62,732 nucleotides of DNA from Candidatus Moanibacter sp. (GTDB lineage Bacteria; Verrucomicrobiota; Verrucomicrobiia; Opitutales; UBA2987): the NCBI GenBank assembly GCA_965215885.1, contig CBDCEW010000002.1:1-62732 (forward strand). The letters are read 5' to 3'. Positions 1-10,433 of this stretch are shown here, one piece after another. How positions within the stretch are numbered: position 1 is the stretch's first letter; the number at the start of each line of letters is the position of its first letter. The position numbers and the translations under genes are program-made. Under the pieces are notes generated by a model that worked only from the letters and a program-made list of their open reading frames with translations, was not told where the DNA came from and did not search any database.

Positions 1-731
1 CTGAGTGTGCCTTGAGCGGCTTTATGAACACCCCCGAGGAGAGAGATATCGCCGAGACCATCCCTGGCCCCGCAACTGACCAACTCGCGTCGTTAGCGAA
101 AGAGCTGGGGATTTATCTCCTGGTCGGTATGCCCGAGCTGAAAGACGACCAGTTCCACAATGCGATGGCTGTTATTGGGAAAGACGGTTTATTGATGGGG
201 ATATTCAGAAAGGTCCATTTGAACAAATACGAGGCGCCCGTCGGTTGGCGTAACGGTTCCGAGTTTCCCGTCTGGCGTTTTGAAACGGAAACCGGAGTCA
301 TGTCGGGAGGCATTATGATCTGCTATGACAGGGAACCACCGGAAAGTGCGAGAAGCTTGATGGTCAAGGGCGCAGATGTTATCTTCAACCCCCTCGCGAC
401 AGGCTGTCCCGTCGTGGATATCCACCGATGTTTACTCAGAACGAGGGCTTTCGAAAATGCACTTTATATTTTCATGGTCAACCATGCGGCACCGACACAT
501 AACGGCCACAGCATGGGAATCGATTATGATGGGAATATTGTCACCGAAGCGGGTGAAGATGAGAAATTATTCTTCTATGATGTTGACCTCGACGCCTTGA
601 ATGAATTTCGGGGAACCACCATCTATGGAGTGCGCCATCGCAGGCCCGAGCTTTACGGCCCACTCTGCGACCCGAAAGGGCAAGTTCATGTTAAAGGCGC
701 CAATCTGCCTCCCGGCCATGGCGGTGGGTAA
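1..731 (+). CDS. Carbon-nitrogen hydrolase (nitrilase family), 5' end beyond window edge
   Basis: Frame is open to the window edge (..ECALSGF). Catalytic triad motifs E, FRKVHL (K) and ICYD (C) are present, plus RAFEN and the C-terminal RRPELY. Confidence 0.9.
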   Translation, partial: ECALSGFMNTPEERDIAETIPGPATDQLASLAKELGIYLLVGMPELKDDQFHNAMAVIGKDGLLMGIFRKVHLNKYEAPVGWRNGSEFPVWRFETETGVMSGGIMICYDREPPESARSLMVKGADVIFNPLATGCPVVDIHRCLLRTRAFENALYIFMVNHAAPTHNGHSMGIDYDGNIVTEAGEDEKLFFYDVDLDALNEFRGTTIYGVRHRRPELYGPLCDPKGQVHVKGANLPPGHGGG

Positions 732-1023
732 CTTGATTTCGAGATCCATCTTTTCACAGGAAGAGTGGGAGGATCGACAAGTGGGTGGCGGGTGCTTCGA
801 AAGATCCGTTGCTGTCCTTGTATCCTTTCCTACACCTCCGCCTTTCGCGTCTTTTCGCGTGTTTAGCGGGCCCTTCAAAAATGGCGAATACTCGATGCCA
901 TATCCGAGGAAAAACCCGGTTCTGTCCGAGCTCGGAATACGAAGAAATGAGAAATGATTGCCCGTTAAATACGCGAAAGAACGCGAAACTTAGGCAGGTA
1001 GGGATATTGGTGAATTTTGGGGT

Positions 1024-1590
1024 TCAGACTCCCAACTCCCTAAACACCGAAGCCCAGCGTTCCGGATGGCTCTCATGGCTGTTGAGCGGCTGAAATCCCG
1101 CTGAGAGATAGCTTTTGATCGCAGCCAGTCGCCAGTCATCGGTCTGCAGATGTGCCTGTTGAAATCCGACCTCCTTCAACCGATGAAGGAGGGCTGCATT
1201 TAGCATATGGCCGAGGCGCTTGCCGCGGTGCATCTTCAGCACGGCAACCATATGGACTTCCCCCACCCTCTGCTCGTCGATTGCCTTTCGCCATGCACAG
1301 GCGCTGCCCACGGCCTCTCCGCCACATGTTGCGAAGAAGAGACAGTCGGGCTCGAACCGGGCATCCTCAACCAGCTTCTGTCGACACGTCTCAATTGTCC
1401 AATCCACTCCAATGTTCCCATCCATGATAGCACACCAGTCCGCTTCATCACCCTCTCGGTAGTTTCTCAAACCATAATCCTCCGGAACCACGATCTCTGG
1501 AAGTTCCCGAAGATCCTCACGCAGCATCTCCAGCTGCGGTTCGGGAAGGTCGTTGGACTCCGATGGAGACCGAGGTCGTGAAATTGACAT
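1024..1590 (-). CDS. GNAT family N-acetyltransferase
   Basis: VAVLKMHRGKRLG acetyl-CoA motif A and AIKSYLSAGF motif B. Confidence 0.85.
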   Translation of the reverse strand: MSISRPRSPSESNDLPEPQLEMLREDLRELPEIVVPEDYGLRNYREGDEADWCAIMDGNIGVDWTIETCRQKLVEDARFEPDCLFFATCGGEAVGSACAWRKAIDEQRVGEVHMVAVLKMHRGKRLGHMLNAALLHRLKEVGFQQAHLQTDDWRLAAIKSYLSAGFQPLNSHESHPERWASVFRELGV

Positions 1591-1662
1591 TGTGCAATCT
1601 TCTTCTCTCTAACCCGCTTATTTCTGAAGGTTGCTCCGACTGAAGTTTTTGAGATAAGCGGG

Positions 1663-2841
1663 TTAGGGCGGCTCCCCGAAATCCGGCACCTCGAGGAGAA
1701 CTCCCCCCTCCTGCGCCGATCTGTGACCGATAAGTCCCGGCACGAGATACCTCGCCGCTTGCCAGACATTGTTCGGGGGCAAGTCTCCGGTCAGGCAGGA
1801 ATTGACGAAGTCATCGACAAGAAACTGGTGGGCACCTCGATGGCCGTTAGGCAGACCGAGAAACTCCTTCGGTAGACGCACCACCGGATGAATGCTCGAT
1901 ACCCCCTCATGGGTCCCATCTGTACCTGTCACTCTTGCCATTTCATCTCCGGCATAGACCCCTTCGCAGGCGAATTTTCGAGTCAGATCCAGGCAGTTTT
2001 CGCGACTCTTAGTCGTCCAAACGCTTCCGCCAACTTGCTCTTCGTAGCTTCCCTCCGTGCCGTATAGGCTCATACCCACCGTGCCCGGATGCCCGATTCT
2101 GCGGAATTCGTTGATCCTCATCATGCTGCCGTCAGACATCCGACAGAGCATTGTCTCATTGCTGAAAGGGTTCATCCAGACGTTCCGTTCGGCGACAAAC
2201 AGCTCATCATCGTGCCTGTCCGTGTAACCCATGGCACTTACATGGGTAGCGTGGGCGCCCGTTACCGAAACGATCATACTCGTTGAATGGGTGGGGTAAA
2301 ATAGCGGGGGCTGGCCCGCGTAATTCTCCCAATCTTCGCCATGGCGCCATTTAAAAACGTCATACACCCCGTGGTCAAAGTCGTGGTAATACTCGGCTTC
2401 ACCGTAGACGATGTGACCGAAAGCGCCCTCCCGGAATTTCTCTCTGCAATAGATCGAACACGGATAGTAGTAGCTGGTCTCCCCCACCATGTAGTTCAGC
2501 CCAGTCTCTTCCACCGCTTCTACGAGCTCGGCCACCTCCTCCACCGTAACTGCGGAAGGGACGGCCGAGTAGACATTCTTTCCGCTTCTCAGCGCCTGCA
2601 CAGCCTGTGGACCATGGAGATGGTGTTGAGTGATAATTGCAATCGCATCGACGTCCGAATCGCAAAGTGCATCCAGCGAGGGAAGGGTCTCGGTGATCCC
2701 GAATCGTTGCGACTTCTCCTGCAGTTTCTCCTCATCCAAATCCGACAAGATTACTTGATCCACCGACGGGTGTGCCTTGAAGAGTGGAATAAAGCTGTTG
2801 GCGAACGCGCCCGTTCCACAGATCCCAATGCGAAGACTCAT
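1663..2841 (-). CDS. Gfo/Idh/MocA family oxidoreductase
   Basis: N-terminal Rossmann motif IGICGTGAFA and HGPQAVQALRSGKNVYSAVP. Likely ATG at 2841. Confidence 0.9.
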   Translation of the reverse strand: MSLRIGICGTGAFANSFIPLFKAHPSVDQVILSDLDEEKLQEKSQRFGITETLPSLDALCDSDVDAIAIITQHHLHGPQAVQALRSGKNVYSAVPSAVTVEEVAELVEAVEETGLNYMVGETSYYYPCSIYCREKFREGAFGHIVYGEAEYYHDFDHGVYDVFKWRHGEDWENYAGQPPLFYPTHSTSMIVSVTGAHATHVSAMGYTDRHDDELFVAERNVWMNPFSNETMLCRMSDGSMMRINEFRRIGHPGTVGMSLYGTEGSYEEQVGGSVWTTKSRENCLDLTRKFACEGVYAGDEMARVTGTDGTHEGVSSIHPVVRLPKEFLGLPNGHRGAHQFLVDDFVNSCLTGDLPPNNVWQAARYLVPGLIGHRSAQEGGVLLEVPDFGEPP

Positions 2842-2982
2842 CGAACAATCTCGTCTGGCCTTTCTAAACAGAAGCAACAATTATTCAGCCTTTTCAAAGA
2901 CGATTGAGACTGTGGGGCAGCCTCTTCAAGCATGGCGCACATGTTGAACTGTCGAATTTGTGAATTGTCAATCGAAGATGAG

Positions 2983-3099
2983 ATGACAGAATGTGATCGT
3001 ACTGAAGGACCTAATGTTGATTTTGCAGCGCGGATCATTCGTCTGAGCGACGCGCTGCCCAATACACCGCCAAACATTCAGTTCACAAAAATACAATGA
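2983..3099 (+). pseudogene. N-terminal remnant of a four-helix-bundle (23S IVP-like) protein
   Basis: Reads DFAARIIRLSDALPNTP, the typical first helices of this family, then ends after 38 codons. Confidence 0.55.
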
Positions 3100-4202
3100 A
3101 GGCGAAGGCAGCAGTCCTGTTCGAGATAGGGAAAGACCTGGAGATCAGGGAGATAGAAGTTCAAAGTCCTCAACACGGCGAAGTCCTGGTCCGAATGGCA
3201 ACAGGCGGCCTCTGTCACAGCGACCTGCACGTCATGACGGGGCACCTCTTCGCCCCTCTCCCAGCCGTCCTCGGCCATGAAGGCGCCGGGATAGTGGAAG
3301 ATGTGGGTCCTGGTGTTTCGACTCTGAGACCGGGAGACCATGTTATCCCGATCTGGAGGCTTTCCTGCGGAACCTGCCAGTACTGCAGCGGTAGCAGGCC
3401 GGCCCTTTGCCCTGAGGGAACACAGATCCGTATGACAGGGCGCTTCTCCGACGGCAGCACGCGGTTTACGCTGAATGGGGAGGAGCTCAAACACTTCGCC
3501 GGAGTATCCTGTTTCTCCGAGTATTCTGTGATGTCGGAAAAACAGGCGCTCAAAATCCCTGAGGACTTTCCACTCGAACTGGCTGCCCTCCTCGGGTGTG
3601 CCGTGGTCACGGGCGTGGGCGCAGTATTTAACCGGGCACAAGTCAAGCCCGGCAGCAGCGTGGCGGTATTTGGTGCAGGCGGCATAGGCTTGAACATCAT
3701 TCAGGGCTCAGCCATTGCCGGAGCTGAGAAAGTCATTGCAGTGGACACCCTCCCAAATAAGCTTGAGTTCGCCAGGCAATTCGGTGCGACCCATACGATT
3801 AACGGCTCTACCGAGGATCCGGTTTCTCTAATCAGGGAATTGACCGACGGCGGGGCCGACTACGCATTCGAGGCCATCGGCCTCCCGGAGACTTTGCGCC
3901 AGACTTATGACTCGCTTGGCAAGCGCGGCATGGCCGTTGCCGTGGGAGCGACGCCAATGACAACTGAAGTCTCAGTCCCCATTATGTCGCTCGTTTTTGA
4001 GGAAAAGACGCTCACTGGATCCCTTTATGGCTCTTCCCGACCCTGGATCGATATTCCAATGTTGATGGAGCTTTACCGCAGTGGAAAGCTAAAGCTCGAG
4101 GAACTCCTCACTCGAGAGTACCCATTCAACCAGATCAACGAGGCTTATAGGGCCCTGGAAGCGGGTGAAGTGGCCAGAAGCATTGTAAGGATCGGAGGCT
4201 AG
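3096..4202 (+). CDS. Zn-dependent alcohol dehydrogenase (MDR family)
   Basis: GLCHSD, GHEGAG, four-Cys structural Zn site CGTCQYC..C, and GAGGIG. Confidence 0.95.
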   Translation: MKAKAAVLFEIGKDLEIREIEVQSPQHGEVLVRMATGGLCHSDLHVMTGHLFAPLPAVLGHEGAGIVEDVGPGVSTLRPGDHVIPIWRLSCGTCQYCSGSRPALCPEGTQIRMTGRFSDGSTRFTLNGEELKHFAGVSCFSEYSVMSEKQALKIPEDFPLELAALLGCAVVTGVGAVFNRAQVKPGSSVAVFGAGGIGLNIIQGSAIAGAEKVIAVDTLPNKLEFARQFGATHTINGSTEDPVSLIRELTDGGADYAFEAIGLPETLRQTYDSLGKRGMAVAVGATPMTTEVSVPIMSLVFEEKTLTGSLYGSSRPWIDIPMLMELYRSGKLKLEELLTREYPFNQINEAYRALEAGEVARSIVRIGG

Positions 4203-4233
4203 GAATCTGTCGGACTTTGGGTCCGACAGGCTG

Positions 4234-5235
4234 TTAGCACACCATCCCTCTTTTCGCCCTGATTCCGTGCGCCGGCGGGTCGGCCCCGATCCACCGCTCG
4301 TCGGCCGGCTCCGAAGCCAGTTGATACCGGGTGTCCGATGAAATTCGCAATCGATTGGTCCGATTATCCGAACTTGCATGGATGATATTCATGCAAAACA
4401 CCAATAGGTCGCCAAGTTCATACGCCGTCGTCAGCCAGCGCCCTCCCAGTTCGTGTCGTACCGCCACCGCATCCCGGGAATACGCTCCCGTCGAGTTCCA
4501 GTGGATTGCGCCCCTCTCTTCCGCCGTCAGCGAACGGCCTGCCGCATGAGCGCGTTCCACAAGCGCCTTCGCATCCCCCTCGTTTTCGCAGTAGAGATCG
4601 ACATCCGTCGACCCGTAACCTGTTTGCAGGTCTTTCAGCCTGTGGGAATTCTCCAGCAACATCAAGCCGCCCATCTCGTAGGGCACATCTCCGTAGGGCA
4701 CCCAGGAAGTAAAGAGTCGATGGGTCCCCCGTCCCATAAACACGATGTCGCAATGAGGCGTTGTGGGACCCAAGCTACCCGGAAGCTTGGCCCGGAACCA
4801 CGTATAGTCGAAATAGCGCACCGGCCCGCCCAGAAAATACTCATGAAAGTCGATCATCGGACCCTCATGAATCACCCGGTCCAGCGACGGGTTGTCTCGA
4901 GCCAGGTGCGGCAGAAACGATCCCGTCGCCCGGGGATCGAGTTCCGCCCCGGTCCGGACGGTGCCCTCAATTGCCGGGTAATTGGGGTCAAGCACTCTGG
5001 CTTTCATCAAACGGTCCATCACCTCATGCCGGGCTGCCAGCACCTCGTCCTCGTTCAACAGGCCCGGCAAATAAAGATACCCGTCCTCCGACATTCGGCG
5101 CCGCAGTTCTTCCCGGTCGTCCAGCGCATCGCTTGAAGGACGCAGCGCGCCAAAATCATCCAGCGATTCGCCCAGTGCATTACCCTCGAATGTCAATCCG
5201 AGCGTATCCTCTAATCCGCGGTTCATTTTCTTCAT
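4234..5235 (-). CDS. Phytanoyl-CoA dioxygenase (PhyH) family Fe(II)/2OG dioxygenase
   Basis: DGYLYLPGLL, HCD motif, distal IIH and RISSDTRY. Confidence 0.9.
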   Translation of the reverse strand: MKKMNRGLEDTLGLTFEGNALGESLDDFGALRPSSDALDDREELRRRMSEDGYLYLPGLLNEDEVLAARHEVMDRLMKARVLDPNYPAIEGTVRTGAELDPRATGSFLPHLARDNPSLDRVIHEGPMIDFHEYFLGGPVRYFDYTWFRAKLPGSLGPTTPHCDIVFMGRGTHRLFTSWVPYGDVPYEMGGLMLLENSHRLKDLQTGYGSTDVDLYCENEGDAKALVERAHAAGRSLTAEERGAIHWNSTGAYSRDAVAVRHELGGRWLTTAYELGDLLVFCMNIIHASSDNRTNRLRISSDTRYQLASEPADERWIGADPPAHGIRAKRGMVC

Positions 5236-5671
5236 AGACGCCCAACCCGCCTTAAATCGCACCGTTGATCACAGCAATCTGCACAAATATCCCTTCTCGC
5301 GCAAGTCCGGATTTCGCGTCTCGTTTTTGGACTAAGTCTATCTTAATCCTAAGGCAGCCTTCGCCCGCAACCAAACTGGTGGTTGCTTCGGTGGAGAAGA
5401 AACCGAACGGAGAGAAAGAGAAAAGAGTACTCACGCAAAGCCGCTAAGGCGCAAAGGGGAGAGTGAGTCCCGGCAGTCCGGGAAATGATGGGTAACGAAT
5501 GGCGCTTAAATCGGAAGGGCTCCATTTGAAAGGAAGTTCCCAGCTCCAATGACAGCGACTTCGCATTAACCGTCGCCTCGATAGCAGTAGATCATAAAAG
5601 TGCGAAATTTCCTGACGGGTAGAAAGTTGGGGGGAGTCGACTTCGCCTGCTCTGCCGTAGGGCAGAGTAAA

Positions 5672-5755
5672 AAACGGTCAAGGAAGCATTTACAAGAGCG
5701 CCCCCTCACTTTTATCCCAATGAAAACGCTCTTGTTAATGCTTCCCTGACCGTTT
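5672..5755. repeat. Long inverted repeat (29-bp arms, 26-nt spacer)
   Basis: AAACGGTCAAGGAAGCATTTACAAGAGCG versus the reverse complement of CGCTCTTGTTAATGCTTCCCTGACCGTTT: 27/29 match. Confidence 0.8.
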
Positions 5756-5920
5756 GAAACGCGCTCCGCGCGAGGCGAAGTCAACTCTCCCTAACTTTCT
5801 ATATTTCCAACCAACATTCTCCGTGGTCCTCTGTGGTGCTCTGTGGCCCGGAACTAATTACGATTTAACCAATTGCTCCTAGCATACTTACACAACATAT
5901 CTACGCAAATCGCATAGAAG

Positions 5921-7078
5921 TTACGGGATACGACTATAGTCATCGGCGCCCCTGGTGCACCAGCGTTCGATTAGTTTCGTATACAGCTCACTACCATGGC
6001 GAAGTTGCTCGAGTTCGACCCACTCGTCGGCCGTGTGCGCCTGGGCAATGTCACCGGGCCCGATCACGACCATGAGCTTCATCTCCCCCAGCATGCAGGC
6101 GTCCGTTCCATAGCTGACCGTTTGCATCGACTCCCGTTTAGAGATAGCCCGTATCTCTCTGAGATAGTCCGATTCCTTATCGAGATAGAACGGAGGAGCC
6201 GTTCGCATCACTTCGAATTCAACGCCGCAGCGCTGCGCCGCCCGCGCCGCTCGATCCAATAACGCATCGGCGTCAATACCCGGAGTGGGTCTAAAATAAA
6301 CTGTGCAGACGCTCTGTGGCGCCGTAATATTGATGGCCCGTGTATGATCGTTTATGCCGATGTTCCAGCTGACCGTCGGCGGGTCAAACTCGAGATTGTG
6401 CCATGCCTCTTCCTTTTCGACTTCGTCATGAATGGCCTTCATCTCGAAAAGAAAGGGGATCATTGCCAGATTCGCGTTGATTCCTTTCCGAGTGCTCGAA
6501 TGCGCGGCCCGACCGTGAGAGACGGCCCGGAAGCCGTAGGTCCCTTTGTGCCCATAAACAACCTCAAGGCGAGTCGGTTCACCCACGACCCCATGCGACT
6601 CTCCAGTCACCATTTCTCGATACAATTCTGAGCGCCGCGCTACTTCTTCGGCACCGTCGCACCCCACCTCTTCGTCAGCGGTGCAAGTGATATACACGGG
6701 GTGTGCAAGCTCGCTTGCGGAAAATCCTCCGGCCGCGGCAAGCATGCACGAGATCGAACCTTTCATGTCACAGCTCCCGCGGCCGTAGAGTCTGTCCCCG
6801 ACGACCGTCGGTTCGAATGGACCGTGTGAGTCAGAAAACCAGTTGTCCGCGGGCACGACATCGGTGTGCCCGAAGTAGGCCATGCCTCCCAATCCACACC
6901 CTTTCTTGCCAATTACGTTGGACTTTGGAACTCCTGATCGATCGGTATATTCGACGCGCTCCGTCTCGAATTCCAGCTCTTGCAAGATCTGGTCGACGCA
7001 ATCGGTCACCGGCGTGTTGGAAAGGCTGCTCGTCGAGTCAAACGAGACGAGCTTCTTCGTGTAGTCGAGCGCTTCCAA
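5921..7078 (-). CDS. argE: M20 family metallopeptidase / acetylornithine deacetylase-like
   Basis: GHTDVVP, GRGSCDMKG, ADEE, GEPT, YGTDA and AHTADEW motifs. Confidence 0.85.
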   Translation of the reverse strand: MEALDYTKKLVSFDSTSSLSNTPVTDCVDQILQELEFETERVEYTDRSGVPKSNVIGKKGCGLGGMAYFGHTDVVPADNWFSDSHGPFEPTVVGDRLYGRGSCDMKGSISCMLAAAGGFSASELAHPVYITCTADEEVGCDGAEEVARRSELYREMVTGESHGVVGEPTRLEVVYGHKGTYGFRAVSHGRAAHSSTRKGINANLAMIPFLFEMKAIHDEVEKEEAWHNLEFDPPTVSWNIGINDHTRAINITAPQSVCTVYFRPTPGIDADALLDRAARAAQRCGVEFEVMRTAPPFYLDKESDYLREIRAISKRESMQTVSYGTDACMLGEMKLMVVIGPGDIAQAHTADEWVELEQLRHGSELYTKLIERWCTRGADDYSRIP

Positions 7079-7267
7079 TTCCGGCCTCTCTCTCTGGATA
7101 GAACTCTCTATTGTTCAGCGGGAAATCGATTATGTCTCAACATCGAGTATCACATCGTCCAAGTCAACTAGCACCTGAACAGGATTTCAAATGGGCTGAA
7201 GCGGAAGAGTTATTTAGGGACCGTCAAAGTGGTTTAACTTGGTAATTCCCCGTCCCGGCGCGCCGGG

Positions 7268-7374
7268 ACGGGGTCGCTGACTTGAATGTATTATCATCGT
7301 GCGCGGAGCGCCCGATCCACCAGTAGCAAGGATGCTAGAGGTGGAACGGCCCCTCCGGGGACGTTTGTATCAAT
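7268..7374. repeat. ~107-bp REP-doublet element, copy 1
   Basis: Near-identical to the reverse complement of 14785-14891. Contains two GGTGGA-headed hairpins. Confidence 0.85.
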
Positions 7375-7529
7375 TTCGAGTACAGTACTGGCAATTTCTG
7401 CACAAATTGCGAAAGAGTTAGATACCCCGTCCGAGGCGAGCCGGGACGGGGAGTGTTCATTGTCATGCCGCTGCGCTCAGATTCAGACCCGATAATCCAA
7501 ACCGCGATCACAAGTATTCCTACGCCACC

Positions 7530-7570
7530 GGCTCTATGTTCGTATTTCGGCGAAATACGAACATAGAGCC
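7530..7570. repeat. Perfect palindrome with 20-bp arms and a 1-nt centre
   Basis: GGCTCTATGTTCGTATTTCG-G-CGAAATACGAACATAGAGCC. Confidence 0.9.
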
Positions 7571-7614
7571 CATGATTACTTCGGACTCGACTTCGCTGAG
7601 GACATCAAACGTAT

Positions 7615-8604
7615 ATGGAAGTGAAAACGAAGGTACTTATGGCTATCCTAGGTAGTGGGAGATATACATACGAGGTGTCGGGAGACAACTGGGGGAACCT
7701 CCCGGAAGGCTGGTTTTATAAGGAAGCTACTGCCGTAGATGTGGATTCCAACGACCACGTTTACGTATTCAATCGAGGCAACATGCCGGTGATTGTCTTC
7801 GACACTGAAGGCAACATCCTGCGCACATGGGGAGAAGGCGAATTCACTAACCCACACGGCGTCACTATAGCACCGGATGACACGGTTTGGTTGGTGGATA
7901 GCGCGGATCATTCCATACGCAAGTTCACACCCGAAGGCGAAATCCTCATGACCTTGTCGGAGCGAAATCAGCATGCTCCAGTCATGAGTGGCGAGCCTTT
8001 CAACAGTCCGACTCGTGTTGCCATCGATCCTCGAAACGAAGAAATCCTAGTGGCCGATGGCTATGGTAACGCCCGCGTCCATCGATTCAGTCCGGACGGG
8101 AAGGAGCGACTCGCATCGTGGGGTGAGTCCGGAACAGAATTCGGCCAGTTTAACGTCGTCCACGACATCACCGTCGACAGCGATGGATGGATATATATTG
8201 GAGACAGGGAGAACCGTCGCATCCAGATATTCAGCCCGGACGGAAAATTTGAGTCTCGTTGGACCGATTTCTCCCGCACTGCCGCCATTCATATCTCAAA
8301 GGGTCCCGAACCCTTGTTCTACGTAGGCGAATATTTCGCCGGAGTTACAGAGGCATACGAAATCGCGAAGGGATTAGGGCCCAGAGTCTCAGTCCTTGAC
8401 CGCAACGGCGCCGTTCTCGCCAGACTTGGTGAAGAGCCCTACGGCGACGAACCGGGCAGGTTTTACGCGCCACACGCAATAGCAACTGACTCAAAAGGCG
8501 ATGTATACGTCGCTGAAGTCTCCTATGCTGAATTCGGAAGTGATATGGATCCACCGAGGGAGTTGCGCTCGATGCAGAAGCTTGTTCGACAGCCCAAGAG
8601 CTAA
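7615..8604 (+). CDS. NHL-repeat beta-propeller protein (peptidyl-alpha-hydroxyglycine lyase-like)
   Basis: Repeated PHGV/PTRVAID/VHDITVD/PHAIATD blades, plus DGYGNARV and DRENRRIQ. Confidence 0.9.
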   Translation: MEVKTKVLMAILGSGRYTYEVSGDNWGNLPEGWFYKEATAVDVDSNDHVYVFNRGNMPVIVFDTEGNILRTWGEGEFTNPHGVTIAPDDTVWLVDSADHSIRKFTPEGEILMTLSERNQHAPVMSGEPFNSPTRVAIDPRNEEILVADGYGNARVHRFSPDGKERLASWGESGTEFGQFNVVHDITVDSDGWIYIGDRENRRIQIFSPDGKFESRWTDFSRTAAIHISKGPEPLFYVGEYFAGVTEAYEIAKGLGPRVSVLDRNGAVLARLGEEPYGDEPGRFYAPHAIATDSKGDVYVAEVSYAEFGSDMDPPRELRSMQKLVRQPKS

Positions 8605-8795
8605 AGGGGCCGTTGCCCAAACCAGAATGGCCCTGCCGGATACACGTTAGGACTTGAACGAGGCGGCTCTATCAGACTCCTTGGATGAAGAATTGACTCT
8701 ATCAACAAACTCAAAATACCTTTCCCAGCCAACACTCCTATCCCGAGAATTCTTCGAATCATCGGGTAAAGGTCGCAACAAACTGAAAAGAATTA

Positions 8796-9596
8796 ATGAA
8801 CACGACATCCGACACAGCAACCGCAAGCGCCGTGCCGCTCACTTCTGAACAGCTCATATCATTCCATCGCGACGGTTCCCTCGTGGTAGAAGATCTGATA
8901 AGCCCGGAGGAAGTTGAGGGGTTGCGCTCGCGACTGCGCGAATACACCCACGGAGGGCGTCCAGCCGACAAATTGCGAATTCAAGTCGAGCCACGAGTAA
9001 CCCGAGGGGATCTCGCAGTCGATCACCCAGGCGACGGAATTCGCAAGATCGACGGTCTCGTCGAACACGACGACCTATTTCGGAGACTCGGTCTAAACGA
9101 GAATATCGTCGGAATTATTGAGCAGATCCTCGGATCCGATCTAAAGATGTTCCGCAACGCACTCTTATTGAAACCTCCCAAAGTAGGCTCTGCCAAGGGA
9201 ATGCACCAGGATTCCCCCTACTGGCCAATTGACCCAATGAGCCTGTGCAGTTGCTGGTTCGCCCTCGACGACGCCAACGAAGAGAACGGGTGCATGGCTG
9301 CACTCCCGGGTGCTCACAGGAGTGGTGCCCTTCCCCACGTCAAGGTTCCCGACGACTTTGTCATCGACGAGGCTTGCTACGAAGCTAACGAGTCTGTTTT
9401 CTATCCCGTTCGGGCCGGAGGGGGTCTGTTTTTTCACTCTCTGTTGCCGCACGTCACTGCTCCCAACCGCTCCGATCGGTGGCGGCGTGCCATCGCCCTC
9501 TCTTACATGTCATCTCGCTCTGTTTATTCTCGTGAAGGCGAGGGGCCCGAATACTTCCCCATTAAAGGCCGCTCTTTTCCCGGTTGTGTGCGGTAG
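8796..9596 (+). CDS. PhyH family dioxygenase
   Basis: HQDSPYW, ALDDANEENGC, distal PH and RRAIALSY. Confidence 0.92.
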   Translation: MNTTSDTATASAVPLTSEQLISFHRDGSLVVEDLISPEEVEGLRSRLREYTHGGRPADKLRIQVEPRVTRGDLAVDHPGDGIRKIDGLVEHDDLFRRLGLNENIVGIIEQILGSDLKMFRNALLLKPPKVGSAKGMHQDSPYWPIDPMSLCSCWFALDDANEENGCMAALPGAHRSGALPHVKVPDDFVIDEACYEANESVFYPVRAGGGLFFHSLLPHVTAPNRSDRWRRAIALSYMSSRSVYSREGEGPEYFPIKGRSFPGCVR

Positions 9597-9602
9597 ATCG
9601 TT

Positions 9603-10433
9603 ATGTCCCAACCGTTATCAGACACATCGAAACTCTGCGTTCATACGATTACCACTCAGCCCTGGCCGGTTGAAAAGGCCATCGAAGAGTACAGCCAAGT
9701 AGGTGTATCCGGAATCACGGTTTGGCGACAAGCGCTTGAAGGGCGCAACCCAAACACGGTTGGAGACGAGATTCGCGAGGCGGGTATGTCGGTAGTTTCC
9801 CTGGCACGGGGCGGCTTGTTTACCGGATTGGATGAAGCCACTCGGCAAGCAGCCATAGATGACAACAGAAGAGCGATTGAGGAAGCCGCGGGATTGGGAG
9901 CGCCGTTAGTAATACTGGTGTGCGGTGCGGTGCCTGAACAACCCCTCTCAGAATCTCGCCGACAGATATACAAGGGCATCGAGACGGTTTTGCCCCTCGC
10001 GGAAGCCTGTGGAATTCAGTTGGGTATTGAACCGCTTCATCCCATGGTCGCCGATACTCGATCGGCCATCAATACTCTGAAACAAGCCAATGATATGTGC
10101 GACGAATTCGATTCACGCCACCTCGGTGTCGTGGTGGACGTCTATCACCTTTGGTGGGATCCAGACCTGGAAAAGGAGATTCGCCGCTGCGGAAAGGCCG
10201 GTAACCTGCTGGCCTTTCACATCTCTGATTGGAAGACGCCTACCGTAGATCTCCTGAACGATCGTGGTTTGATGGGTGAAGGGTGTATTCCGATCCCTGA
10301 AATCCGAGGATGGGTCGAGGAAGCGGGCTTCACGGGATTCAATGAAGTAGAAATTTTTTCAAACCATTATTGGGCAAGCGACCAGGACACATTCCTGCAG
10401 AATATCAAGGATGCCTATTTAAGCCATTCTTAG
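9603..10433 (+). CDS. Sugar phosphate isomerase/epimerase (xylose-isomerase-like TIM barrel)
   Basis: IEPLHP, DVYH, HISDW and EVEIFS motifs. Confidence 0.9.
   Translation: MSQPLSDTSKLCVHTITTQPWPVEKAIEEYSQVGVSGITVWRQALEGRNPNTVGDEIREAGMSVVSLARGGLFTGLDEATRQAAIDDNRRAIEEAAGLGAPLVILVCGAVPEQPLSESRRQIYKGIETVLPLAEACGIQLGIEPLHPMVADTRSAINTLKQANDMCDEFDSRHLGVVVDVYHLWWDPDLEKEIRRCGKAGNLLAFHISDWKTPTVDLLNDRGLMGEGCIPIPEIRGWVEEAGFTGFNEVEIFSNHYWASDQDTFLQNIKDAYLSHS

Noticed and set aside
844..990. CGCGAAA-type short repeats (also about 50046-50073)
   Set aside because: They are real but low-complexity intergenic repeats, with no further structure I can define.
8609..8631. 23-bp near-repeat with 36034-36056 (GCYGTTGCCCAAACCAGRATGGC)
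   Set aside because: Only two copies and marginal significance; possibly an IS end remnant, but unsupported.
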